A stretch of 64,000 bases of DNA, taken from contig NC_135804.1 in assembly GCF_964213995.1 (NCBI RefSeq), forward strand, positions 59,830,001 through 59,894,000. The letters run 5' to 3'. Each line of letters starts with the position of its first letter. Position 1 is the first letter of the stretch. Source of the stretch: Mustelus asterias (taxonomy: Eukaryota). Shown here one piece after another: positions 1 to 12,599 of the stretch. Below the pieces are notes generated by a model. The model did no database searches, had not been told where the DNA came from, and was given only the letters and a program-made list of their open reading frames with translations. The translations under genes were made by a program, and so were the position numbers.

Positions 1-285
1 ATTAAGACACTCGACACTTTAAACTCCGATACCAAATATGTAAACCAGCCAATTTCACTCGACATAATTGTTACACAAATGTTGAAACAGGCGGCAGCTT
101 CATTACGTACAACTTATTTTCGATCTGAATGAATAAATGAATTGATGAAAACGCATTAACTGTATTTTCAACGAGGTAAGCAGTTCTCTTTTCTAAGCGT
201 TTATCACTGTTTGCCAATAAAGCACTCGGTGGCAACTAAATTTCCACATCCGATTGAAATGTAGAATCTCATTGAGACAAAACAA

Positions 286-441
286 GATGCGGAGATGCCA
301 GCGTTGGACTGGGGTGGGCACAGTAAGAGGTCTCACAGCACCAGGTTAAAGGCTCACCTGATGCAGGAGCAGCGCTCCGAAACCTCGTGATTCCAAAGAA
401 AAACCCGTTGAACTTTAACCTAGTGTTGTGAGACCTCTTCC
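286..441 (+). mobile_element. Short Penelope-like inverted-repeat element with a mutated hammerhead motif
   Basis: Inverted repeats at 329-351 and 413-435. CAC-CTGATGC-A-GGAGCAGCGCTCC-GAAA at 355-382. Flanking 13-bp direct repeat TGAGACAAAACAA (273-285 and 442-454). Confidence 0.65.
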
Positions 442-563
442 TGAGACAAAACAAATACATTTATTAAGTGGACTTAACCTGGTCTGACGTGATTATATTA
501 AGTTTCCATTATATCAATCTTTCCTGGTGTTTCAACAAATTGCCTGTAAATGAATGAACGTAC

Positions 564-607
564 CAGTTCCTCGCTACGGTTCCCTCCTGTTAAACGCCCG
601 TCATAAC
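564..607 (-). CDS. Gene 1 probable short cytoplasmic exon (GYDGRLTGGNRSEEL)
   Basis: cttatttccag acceptor and CTG|GTACGT donor, 44 nt, open in the phase-1 frame left by the TM exon. Confidence 0.55.
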
Positions 608-1330
608 CTGGAAATAAGTGAAATCTCATGATATTGAAAGAAAAAGTTCTGAAGAAGAGTCTTGCGGACCCGAAATGTTAACTCTGTGTGCTTCGACACA
701 GACGCTATCAGAAGTGTTGACTTTGTCCAGGATTTTCTGTTTTTCAACTCATTTTTCACATCAGAGATTGCAAAGATACGTCTATGGTCAGAAAAATGCC
801 CAAGAGGATTTCCAATTTCGTAATGTGCGGAAAATAATTGAAATCCTTCCCAGCAGCAGGGTGCTTTAAAATATTTCGCGGAAACTACGGTAATATTTCG
901 CATTGTACGAGAAGGCGGGCAAGTGTCGAACATCAGCAATGGTAATATTGCGTGACGGAGCAGGCCCGAGGAGCCATCTGGCCTGCTACTGCTCCTGTTT
1001 GTTTTGTAGCTCTGTGCACAACCGTTCCCGGACCAGAGCCACAGTTAAAGCTAATTGTGACTCCACCACGCAGAGGTTTGGAAACTAATTTTGTGTCAGA
1101 GCGCATTTCGTTCATCTGGTTCCAAAAGGAAATGTATTTGGAAACATCTGGATAACGGCTTTCATCTTTATTATATCTCTCTATGTCCTAAAACATATTT
1201 TCAACAATTAGTGCTTCCTCAACACCATACGACTCTTTCCAACTTTAACTCCGAACTGTTCTTCCTGTTGTGGTCCCTGGAAACTCTCAGTCGTCCCAAG
1301 GGTATGTACGAAAATCAAGTGTAATCTTAC

Positions 1331-1441
1331 CTTCATTCTTTAGCATTTGTTGCCGCCTCGTAATGACGATCGCAAGCACGAGGAACGACAATCCAACCAA
1401 CGCGCACACTGGAATCGAATAAAGTAATTTCGGGATATTTT
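1331..1441 (-). CDS. Gene 1 transmembrane exon (ENIPKLLYSIPVCALVGLSFLVLAIVITRRQQMLKNE)
   Basis: ttgcag acceptor and G|GTAAGA donor, 111 nt, phase 1-1. Uncharged hydrophobic stretch followed by an RR stop-transfer. Translated by hand; not in the ORF track. Confidence 0.85.
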
Positions 1442-3009
1442 CTGCAAGATTAATTGTAACATGAGGTAATAGTGGATATTAAATCAACAAAATTAGGCTC
1501 CAATATAGTTTACTATTTAAACTATAGTGATGGTTGCACTAATCCCGCAGTGTTCAATGGAAGTAGAACGTTTGAATAAAAAGCTTGTTTGCAGCTAAGT
1601 ATCTGCTGTATCTTGTTCCTCGAACATTTCGCGCGTTATTGATTAATCTACGAAGACTAAAAGGCAGGAGTCACATGTAGGCCAGACCGGGAAAGGGTGA
1701 CTGATTTCCTTTCCGAAAAGTCATCAGAGAGCCAGATCGGTTTTTGCGTCTGAATTATAGTTTCATGACACATTACTAAAACGAATGTTTAGTTCAGTAT
1801 TTATTAATTGGTTTTAAATGTCATGATGTGATTTGAACCGATATCCTTACAGCTTTAGCCTGCACCCCTTGAGTAATAGGCTAGTGATATTAAAATCTCG
1901 CCAGCATCTTCCATTAGTAGAATGCCATTGGAGATAATCGGACAACAACCAAATGGTTCACTCTTAACTGTCGCCTGAAAGGGTCTAACAAGCTACTCCG
2001 TTTAAGGGCAATTAGGGATAAGCAATAAATGTTGGCTTAGCCAGCGACGTTCACATTTCATAAGAGTTTACTTTAAAAAATGCAGTGAACCGGACATACA
2101 GCGTTTTTTCCGGTTACAGTTTAAATGAGATTTATGAGACTGATTTCAGTTAAACCCGTCATGATCTGTAAGTAGGATGAGAAGCTGGTCATTTGGTTAT
2201 TCCAAAACTCTGCACTGAACGTAACCGAACGTGTGACAATATCGGAAATCCCACGGCAATCAGTCCTTGCGCAAACTGCGTGCCTGCAGATCATAATAAT
2301 AGTTTTCAAGCAAGACGAGTTCGCAACGGTCAAGTTGAAAGCATTTTTTAAAAAAATAAACAGAAAGCGAAAAAGATTAATAACATTCAGGTTAAGAAAT
2401 ATTACACTAGAAAATATGAACGGATGTTTAATATTGTTCCGTTAGAAATAGAGGAATTCGAAAGCAAACCCGGTTGGATTTTTGTTCTTGTATGGGATGT
2501 GAGCATTGCTGACGAAGCCAGCATTGGTCATTCCCAATTGCCCCTGAACAGAGTGGCCCGCTAGAGAGTTGCAGGGGGCAGTTAAGTGTCAACCACGTTT
2601 CCCTGGCTCTGAAGTCACATGTAAACCTAGCTGGGTAAGGAGAGCAGATTTCTTTCCCTGAAGGACATTCGTGAACCAGATTGGTTTTTACCACAATCGA
2701 TCATAGTTACATGGTCACCATTACTGAGACTAGCCTGATATTCCATAGCTATTAATTGAATTATGTTTCCAGAAGCTGCCCTTGTGGGATGTGAATCCAT
2801 GTCCTCAGATTGATTACTAGTCTGAGTGCATGGCTGGCTATATAAATCGATTTCAACACTGCATTAAATTCAATGTAAAGGCACTTTAATGTTTCTGTTG
2901 ATATTTCCCGTGACATTTCCGTGATTATTAATATGCATAAAACTTACGAAAAATTTCACTATGAATTCTACTGTAGCTGGCTTCCCTTTTAGAACAATTT
3001 TTCCCCTAC

Positions 3010-3321
3010 CTCGGTTCGGTTCAGGAATCGTGTACACCACAATAGCCGGAGTCTTGAGGGTGACATGAGATACCAGGCATGTATAATTGACGTCTTTCGG
3101 TACAGGCTGAATCTCAACCAAAGTGCTGGAAACTTCATACAGTCCCTCTCTGTTCTGCACTTTACTGGTGTGTATTCCTGATGCAGTTTCGACGCCATTT
3201 TTATACCAAGTAAGGGTGAAATTTTCCGGATAAAATGCAGCCGTTTCACAGACGAGGGTCAAAGACGCAGTCGAATTCCCTTCAGTTGTCCTGGAGACAA
3301 GATTCAGTGGGGTTGGGGCCG
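3010..3321 (-). CDS. Gene 1 Ig C1-set exon
   Basis: ccgcag acceptor and G|GTAGGG donor, 312 nt. Motifs: LVCETAAFYPENFTLTWYKNG, GLYEVSSTL, YTCLVSHVTL. Confidence 0.92.
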
Positions 3322-4344
3322 CTGCGGAGCAGAAAATGAACATAGTACTGTGCATGGTTTGGAGAAATTAAATTCATTTTTGACGTTCGGTTAATATCCC
3401 TAATCACTGGCAATTCCTATTTCCTGTATTTGAATGTTACACACAAGATCAGTATAGATCTAATCTATATAAAGACCGGCATTCGATCAATTCCAATAAT
3501 TTTTGAATTCCCTGTCGGACAGGGTGAAGTGATTTGCGAATCAACGTTCTGTTCAAATCGCCCAGAGAATTAAATCTTGATGAGACAGTCGTCTCGCTGA
3601 GTTGTTACGTGTTTTATGTGCAATGACATGACAGAGAGTGACGAATAATATTCATATTCTTGATGATGAAATGAGCGTTTTAATGCTCCTTTAACGCCGC
3701 AGCTTGACATTTGACTAAACAAATAACTTTCAGTTGAATCTGCCGAATTTTCACCAACACAGCCTCTCTGTTAAATTATAGGCAAAATACTGCGGATGCT
3801 GGAGTCTGAAACAGCCTCTCTGTGTTGTTTATTTATTGGAAAATTAGTGAATTTGGCAGCCATGTTGTGTCTGAAACTCCAATCTGTTGAGTGAATCGAT
3901 TTGGTCAACAATTAGACAAACATTGAGTATTTGAATACGCGCCGTATCGTTCTTTGAAATTTACTTGAAGGAATACAGTTATTCATGGACTATTAAAACT
4001 AAGCCAAAAGCTTTGTATATTTATCTTGGGAATGGAGCATTAGTATAAAAGATTTTCTGTCAGTTTTACTTTAGGAATTCATTCTGAGTGCCGCCAATGT
4101 AAATCTGGTGCATAAATTGACTTTATAGTTGTGATGTGTTTGATAAATATTACTAATATATTCAGTACTCTCCGAGTGGCATTGCAGGTATAATTAGCAT
4201 TTTAATGCAGAGGACACGAATGTACAACTCACTTATCGCGAAATATGTTCATAGGCATGATTTCACTGACAGAAAGTATGCACATACCCGATTTTTGTGT
4301 TTGATATATTATGGCGATCGCGCTCACCTGTGTTCCAATCTTAC

Positions 4345-4665
4345 CATGCACAATTAGATGCGATCCAGTTCCATTTCCTCGACCTACTCCCGGACGGAAC
4401 ACCGTACAGTGATAGATTCCAGAGTCTTGAAATGTCGCATTTACTAAGCGAAAGAAACCGCTACCTTTACTTCCCATACCAAACCTTTTTCTCTTGTCTG
4501 GGCTTGAATGCAGGAATTCATTCTCACCATGTTTCCACCATAACACCCGTACCCAGGCTTGGGGTTGAAAAATGTGGAATATGCAGTAGAAGGTGATGTT
4601 TCCCCCTCTGGATACAGTCGTTTCTTTTGGTGCTTGAGACACACTGAACGAAGAGTCGTCCGCAG
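4345..4665 (-). CDS. Gene 1 Ig V-set exon (SIRP/NKp30/NITR-like) with J-like C-terminus
   Basis: ctgacag acceptor and G|GTAAGA donor, 321 nt, phase 1-1. Motifs: VSQxP, TFYC, WWK, DSGIYHC, GNGTGSHLIV. Confidence 0.92.
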
Positions 4666-4832
4666 CTGTCAGAAAGATAGACAAACACAGGTTAATTGCA
4701 TTAGATACAACATAAAGGTAGAAAAGTGAAAGCATGATCTAGAGCGAGGAAATAAGGTTCTTTAAATTAATATGAAAACTACTTCCTCGGAAGTTATTAA
4801 TTAAAGTAACATGGTAAGTGAAAATCTAGTGC

Positions 4833-4896
4833 CTGTGTGAATAATTCCTCGGAGGATCAAGTACAGAAGCACCCTGATCGTTGTCATCATTTGCAT
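4833..4896 (-). CDS. V-C1 IgSF receptor gene 1, leader exon (MQMMTTIRVLLYLILRGIIHT, phase 1)
   Basis: ATG in a GCCATG context with a hydrophobic core. The exon ends ACAG|GCACTA, at the position equivalent to ACAG|GTACTG in gene 2. It joins the V exon in frame only if this GC donor is used. Confidence 0.6.
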
Positions 4897-7800
4897 GGCT
4901 TACAACTGTTGCCTCTCTGTAGTAACTGCGAGTTTACAGCTTTTAAAAATAGCTTGCTGTTAGTTTTCCATCAGAGACGTCGCAGTGACGTTTAACATCC
5001 GGAAAGTGAGGTCTCAGAAACTAAGCTTCCATTTTAAGTGAGATTTTCTAATTTTTGCAACTACTCAATTCCCTGGAATTACATGTTTTACCGGCAGCAT
5101 AAAGGAAGTGGAATATAGATTTTCTAACGCTGAATTTACGAACATTCTCGGAGTTGGTTTGTTTCCTGACAGCTAATGGTTTTGTAACCACGATGGACAT
5201 CAGAGGGGTTGTGAACGAAAATAAATTGAGAATACGCACCATGGTCATATTCAGACGTATTGTAATTGGGGACGGTTGTCTGCCTGTTTTTGTATTGCAC
5301 AAGAGCTGGAAAAATTCATGCAGGGACATGATCTGTGAGCTGACAACATATGCACTGTCTTCAGTGAGGACCAGTAGGTTGGGGATATGGTGACTCTTTC
5401 CAAGGAGACCACAGTCGAATACGAGTTTTTTGAGAAGGAGTGATGACAATGGTACCCATGGGCATAAAGTCGTCAGATAAGCCGCCAGTTAGCATGCTAG
5501 CTATGATGGGGACTAAAAAGGTGGACGACAAGTTGTTCATTCGCGTATAAATTATGGCACAGAAAATGGTTCTTGGATAATACGTGTTTAGAGTGTGTTT
5601 GGGGAAGAAGACGAGATGTTTCTGCGTTACAGAGTTTCACGGTTATGGTAGGATGCGGAGTAGCAATTTGGTTCGCTAGATAAGTGGAAAGAAGGAAGCA
5701 GCAGAAATCATTGGCTGGAAGATAATTTGATGACGAGGGATTCCTTGAGCTTCTTGTAATATTCGTAAAGCGAGGAATGTTGAGAGATTTAAGCAGAAGG
5801 TTTTGGGTTTGGGGGATGGGTAGGGAGGGTGAATATGCGGGGTGGTGGGTTGTTTGTGGTGAGTTGTTTGTGGGAGTGGAGGTGTGGGGGGAACAAATAA
5901 TTAGTTATCGTTGCTCTCCAGCACAATTGTCCAGTAATGAGCAGTTGTGGCTGTGAACGGTGAGACTTTGGGAAGTTTCTCTTGATTTAACCAGATGAGG
6001 CTCTGGATGGTTAGACCAGTTGTTTGTAAGACCTCGTCAATCCTTTTGGAATTGAGGATGCGAAGGTTAATGCTGTGCCATTATTACAGTAAGCATTCGA
6101 GACCGTGAGGCATTTATTTTGACTACGTGCGCTTACGCTTTATTTCCTTTTTTTTCTCAACAGATTTCCAAATTGTTTCATTCGAAGAGTGCACTGTTTC
6201 CAGTCTCTATCCCAGAAAGACACTTTGCTACACAGCTGTATAATCTGTTCGTCGTCTCGGGAAATTGCTGTGTATATTATTGTCGCATGCTTCCTCTCAA
6301 AGTAATTTTTTGGATACAATTATTCAACCAGAGTGCGTGCTTCATACTCATTGGTGTCTCATTTCCAGAACAGTCGATTATGAGTTGGATCCTCACTCCG
6401 GTGGCTTCAACAGTTAATCTGAACTACAAGAAATTGCTCTGCTAGGCGAATGCTACAATATTAGAGACGTCGCATTTCAGATGAGGTGTTCAGTAGCCGC
6501 AACTGCTTCGTAAAACGACCTTTCCTTCGCCAGTTCTTGATTCCTTGTTTTTTTTCCTTTCCATGTAAGATTTGCACCTCGATGTGAATTGGATCACATC
6601 GACGATGAACCATTGCTATGGGAGAAGAACACCAAGATGAATGTTGAAGAACGAGATAAAATTGCACAGCCAACTGAGAGAGCCAACCCTCTTGGTGTGA
6701 AGATGAGTTCGGAAATGGGAGCGATTGTGCCCAGTTTCACGGAATTCAGTTATGCAGATAGGCAGGAGACGCTGGGAACAATCTTTTTAGAACAGAAACA
6801 ATGAAGAATAAATTTGATCATAGTTTTCGAAACTATGAGTAGTTTTACAGAAGTAAATGGAGAAATGGTTTCTGGGATTTGTCAGGTAAACGCGCACATT
6901 TATGATGATTAGCAAAGCAGTCATAGGTGAGAAACATTTATGGTCACTGCACCATTTTCTCCCTTATTCCTTCACGGATGTTGATGTCGCTGGAAAGATC
7001 ACCATTTGTTACTCATCCCGAATTGCCCTATCAGAGCAAAGTCAAGAATCAGTCATTTTGTTGTAGATCTGGAGTCACGTGCCGGCCAGACTGGACAATA
7101 AGGCAAATTTCCTTCTCTAAAGGGCATTACTGAAACAAAATGTTGATAGTCACCATCACTGATAGTAAATTTAGATTCCGGATAAAATAGCTGCAGTCAA
7201 ATACCTCAATAACTTAAATACCAGCTGCGGTGCTGGTATTGGATCCAATGCTGCCAAATCGTTACAATCGGTCCTCTTAATTATTTGGTCAGACACATTA
7301 CCACTACGCTACCGTCTTCGCACTCTGTCCTGCTCATGCTGAGCAATGTTTGGCTCGAATCAAGCAAACGGATGCCAAAATGTCCTAAACACTTGACTTA
7401 AAGTGTTTTAATTGCAGCGCATCAATGGAGCAGCGTTAAGTATTGAATTCTATCACACTGAAACAAGTTGCAGGAGATAATACTGACGAGGAGAGAAAAT
7501 GTGTATGCTTACGTAAGACCGAGTTTCCAACGAACTTTGAAGCTGCTGTCCTGCATTTATGTGGTACCAGAGCATTTAGGTTTATGTCGATATGGATCGA
7601 GTATTACAACCTAAGCAAATGGATGTTTTGAGCAACAAACCATCAACCAGTAAGGAAAAAGAGAATATGTCCCCAAACCGTGGCTTAACCAAAACAAATA
7701 GTCATTGACCAGTTGAAATGCACGATTATTACATTGAATAATACGAAGGGAAATACGGGGATACCTAACAATAACAAGCTGACCACAGAAAATTCAGAGC

Positions 7801-9309
7801 GAAAGGCGAACATTCAAAGGCGAATCAAAGTGGACATTTATAAGAAAGCAAGCACCAAATATAGTGATAGAATTCTAGTTACCAACACTTAATGGCAAAT
7901 GTTCATGTCAAATCTGTATGCATTAGCAGGGCAAAAGAAATGGTGCTAACATAATCTTGATATTCTTTATAGTTATCCAGTCAATTGCCTTTTCTGGATG
8001 TTAAAAGCTTAATGAAAGTGTATAGTTCAATATCCAAGCCTGTTACAAAAGCAAATTAATTCTTGTTAGTGCGCGACATTTGCAGAAGCAACCATTTCAG
8101 TGCGTTCCGATTTTCGGAAATTGACTGAATTTTACAACAGGCATTTTTTGCATTCTCGGTATTCCTGCTTTCTGGATTTTTCTCCAAATTATTGTTAGTT
8201 TCATAATCATCAGTGTAATGAGACTATCCTTTTGTAGTTTGGATTAATATGTTCTGAAGCATTTTCTGCTCAAATTGATGAAGCCATTTAACAAAAGCAA
8301 AACCAGAATTATTGGAAAGCAGACAGGTTAGTTCAGGTGACAGCCTTAATTGTGAGACAATTAAGGAATAATTAGTTCATTAATAGAAATGCTAGAAATA
8401 CTGGAAATGTAATTTGGAAAAGAAAACGTTCTAACTTTTATAATTATGAACAAATCATTAACATTTGATTATTAATACAGTTTCTTAAAGTGCTGTGGGA
8501 ATAAAAATCTAGTGTACTTCTCAGGCCACAGAATGAAAAGAGAGAACATGACTTGTTAATCTTGTCTAGAAAGAATGAATAGGCACTTGATTAAGGAAAT
8601 GTTGAAAGATGTGGATAGCGAGGGAGAGAGAGAGCTTTTGATGGTTAGGCGTTGAGAGTTATTTTCTAAGTTTTTCGGCGTCGTCACTTCAGAACTTGGC
8701 CTTTGAAGGGTGACAAGAAGTCTCTTCAATTGTTAAAGATAAGCTCTCTCCGTTTATTGCTAATTACTAATCGCACATTGCTATTAATTAGCACTTTGCC
8801 TTTTTATCTTTGTGACATTTTACCTTTTTCATAGTTAATAAACATTTTTTACTCGCCATTTAGAGTGATCCTTCTTCCAATATGGTTAAGTCTCTGGAAT
8901 TTGATGCGATTTTTAAGTGGGTGGTAATTGCAAACAAGTGATCCCCATAAATCTTAGATCAGATAAATAAAAAATATATCATACTGCCTCTGTGTGAAGA
9001 AGATTCCGCAGGGTACAGGGAACGTCGCTTCATTACTGATTGATTGAGAATTGCGTTGCTTTTTTCTAAAAGGCTTTGAAATAAATTTGAGGTTGAAGTC
9101 TCAACACATATATATTCCGTGTGATAGCATTTATTTTATATTGTACTCGATACAGTTTGCACAACATCTTTAAGCATCAGACCGTTGATTAGCATACTTG
9201 ATGATTGTTGTTCCCACAACCATCCTGTTGCTTATTAAAAATGCTGTCAAATTCAAGCATGTTGTGTTGATCGCTATAACTTCGGCAATAGACGAGCAAA
9301 ACTGACAGT

Positions 9310-9673
9310 GTAGGCAATGGCCTAGTGGTATTATTGCTAGATCATTAATTCAGAAACTCAGTTGATGTTCTGGGGACCCGGGTTCGAATCCCGCCACGGC
9401 AACTGGTGGACTTTGAATTCAATAAAAAATATCTGCAATTCAGAATCCACTGATGACCATGAACCATTGTCGATTGTTGGAAGAACCCATCTGGTTCACT
9501 AATGCCCTGTGGGGAAGGAAATCTGCCGTCCTTGCCCGGTCTGGCCTAGATGTGACTCCCGAACCACAGCAATGTGGTTGACTCGCAACTGCTCCCTGAA
9601 CAAGGGCAACTAGGCCTGGGCAATAAATGCTAGCCAGCCAGCGACGCCCATGTCCTACGAATTAATAAAAAAA
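9310..9673 (+). mobile_element. tRNA-derived SINE, best-preserved copy of a family recurring in the window
   Basis: A-box TGGCCTAGTGG, B-box GGTTCGAATCC, A-rich end. Decayed relatives at about 1660-1910, 2470-2830, 6960-7310, 40580-40930 and 45940-46210. Confidence 0.8.
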
Positions 9674-11694
9674 TCCTCTGGTCATTGTCTGCATCCGCTC
9701 CATAGTATCCATTAACTGTCAGAAATAGAGTTGTTCTATGTGGGCACCAATGGGTACAAAAGGACACTTAGTTGTATTGTAATAATTTGAAAACTAGTTA
9801 ACCTAATCACAAATCGGGGTCTGGTGACTTGAAAGATAGAAACGTGATTTATGTCATATTCTTCTGGACACGCCGTTTCTGCGAGACCTGATTCTCCCTT
9901 TCCTGGCAGTTCTCAGAAGAGCTAATACTACACGGTGATATGCGTAGATATTACCCCGTCATTGCGGCTGACGTGTCGAAAGTAACTACCTAAATTATTC
10001 TTTGTTTTTTTGAACGAAGATGTTTATTTTTCTTCACAGTTGAGAAATTGAGTAGGATGCATAGATATAGACAAAAGCCAATCGAATGTACAATCACAGA
10101 CACAAAGTGACTCAGTTATACATTTTATACCTTTACTGCGACCAAAGTCTATCCAAAGAATTAAACAAATAAAACATGCATGAAAACAAAGCCCAACCAA
10201 ATTGTAAAGGTATAAAGTGCACAGGGCCGTAAACTGTTTAAGTTTCAACCCCATGACCTGCTCAGAAAATAACTGTTACTACAGCGCAACACGACATTCC
10301 TAACTTTTGAGAGGTGCCCATTATCCTGCCACCCAGCAGACAACGGCACTTCTTTTCGGGTTGATTACGTTTCAATCAGGGAGGCTTAATTTAGGTATAA
10401 AATAAATGCAGCGCATCTCTGTCTCGCCTAATGCGTGTCTGATAACTACTTGTACTTTGCGTTCGGCTTTCTAATCACTCTTTCTTGACCTAACGCCTAA
10501 TCCTATCTGACGAGGTGAGCCAGATTTTGTGTCTCGAATGTTTACGCGATGCTTTCAAGCAAATGCACAATTTACTTTGGACATCATAATTACTACTTTG
10601 GGAATGGCTGCCAAGACCAGCTGGCCCTGAGATTCGCTTTTAGTGCTCACAAAACTTTTAACTATACTGCCAGTGATTCCTGATACTAGAACTACCGCCA
10701 TTGCCGTCAGACCTGGAATAAAATTCAGCATTAATCTCACTGTGATCATAGCATGCTTTGCCTTTCATCAGTGTCACTGGGAACTCTCTAATGTTTTCAG
10801 AATAACAGGCTTTCTATTAATGTTTTAGATCCGGAGACCATGAAAAGATAGCTCAACTCTATTCAACATTTCTCAACTTTGATATTCCGGAAGTTCCCAG
10901 ATTCCGGGGTTGCTGGAGTTGTGCTTAACCTGATTCCATTCTGAACATGCAAGTGTTCTATTGGAGTATTGTTCTTCCAAAACTTGTCAGAAATGCCACA
11001 GAGACTTTCCATGTTTAATAAAACTGATGTGGCGCCGTTTCTGCCAAATAATCCACAATACTCGTCTGCGCTTTGTTTTTATATACTGGTACTTTGTTCC
11101 ACTAACCAACGCGAGTAATACTTCCAGCAATTCCAGTTATAGGTGTTTTGCTTTTTTATGGGCTGTTACGATCTCCCAGTGAACAATTTAAGTGTCAATC
11201 ATGGCGCAGTTGACAGCAGTTCCGCCAGTGATTCAGAAGGTTTTTAGTTCCAGTCGCACTCCAAACATCGAGGCTGACACCACAGGGCAGTTCTGAAGGA
11301 ACGATTCACAGTTGTATCTGTCGCCTTTCGGATGCAACTTCATACTGAGGCCCCGCCTGCTGGAAGGCGCTCGGAATGAATTCCCAAACATGATCTGCTT
11401 CACCTCCCCTGCCCTACGGAACGCAGCTGGTGGGAATACCAGGAAGGAAGTGACAAGTCGATTAAAAATGAAAGCAGGTAAGCATTTGGGCCTGCAGCTT
11501 ACGCACCTCGTGGAAAGCATGACAAACGCTGCTCTCATCATTACGCAGCGGGCTAGGTACAACGTCCAGAGCACCGCCCTCAGCAAGATCCGATTACTTG
11601 AGGAGAGTCGGTTCAAGGAAATTGGCGGTGGTGACGTAATTCGTGTATGGAAATGAAGAACTGTACGCAGCCGGGATCGACTTTTTGATTCTAA

Positions 11695-12225
11695 ACTATC
11701 TTGGTTTCCTTATCTGAGGAAGAATGTCCTTGCTATAGCGGGAATGCATCTAAGGTTTACCAGGCTGATCCCTAGGATGGCAGGTCTTCATATGAGGAGA
11801 GATTAAGTTGGATAGGATTATATTCACTGAGATAAGAAGAGTGAGAGGGGATCTCAGAGAAACTTGTACAATTCTAACAGGTTAGGCAGGGTAGATTCAG
11901 AAAGAATGTTCCAAATGGTGGCGGAGTCCAGAACGAGGGGCCATATTTTAGGATGATGGTAAATCTTTTAGAACTGAGGTGAGAAGGAATTTCTTCACCC
12001 AGAGAGTAGCGAATGTGTGGAATTCACTAGCACAGAAGGTAGGTGAGGCCAAAACGTTCTCTGGTCTCAAAAAGAAATTTCAGACAGCTCTAGGGACTAA
12101 AGGGATCAAGGGATATGGGGGAAGGTGGGATCAGGGTATTGAATTCGATGATCAGCCATGATCAAAATGAATGATGGAGCAGGCTTGAATGGCCTACTCC
12201 TGCTGCTAGTTTCTATGCTTCTATC
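11695..12225 (+). mobile_element. CR1 3' fragment
   Basis: RRNFFTQRVANVWNSL and a CR1-type 3' UTR ending in TTCTATG repeats. Confidence 0.85.
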
Positions 12226-12599
12226 TTATCAGTAAATTGACTGACCTTTCCAAGGGTGTTAATGGTTGTCTGTTGGCCCTTAAACCTCCCTGCATGGCAA
12301 CAAGCAAGTAACTTCCACCGGTGTTTCCGCCTCTCGCATAACCAACACTGATGAAGCCACCAATATATTCTACTTCTTGCTTATTGCTGTTCCAAAATAA
12401 GATAAGTTCATCATCCTTCCTTGGTAAACTTCAGGGGTTGCGCAGACCAACGGGCAGGGAACGTTTAATTGGAGAAGACGGTCAGTTGCAACATAAATTG
12501 TTTCTTCCTGTTGAAGATATCTGCTGAATATGCGTTCTGAATCATCAAGTTTTCCGCCTCTCTGATCGCAAAGAGCCGTCTTGTTTGCACCCGTGCTCC

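Noticed and set aside
71-124. Candidate terminal exon of gene 1 (IENKLYVMKLPPVSTFV*)
   Set aside because: The acceptor and frame are plausible, but there is no recognisable signalling motif or other support; the true last exon may lie outside the window.
4345-4665. Rearranging Ig/TCR V segment
   Set aside because: The J-like strand and the splice donor are already within the exon, and no heptamer/nonamer RSS follows.
9310-9400. tRNA gene
   Set aside because: The A/B boxes continue into a SINE body found in several decayed copies; there is no proper cloverleaf or terminator.
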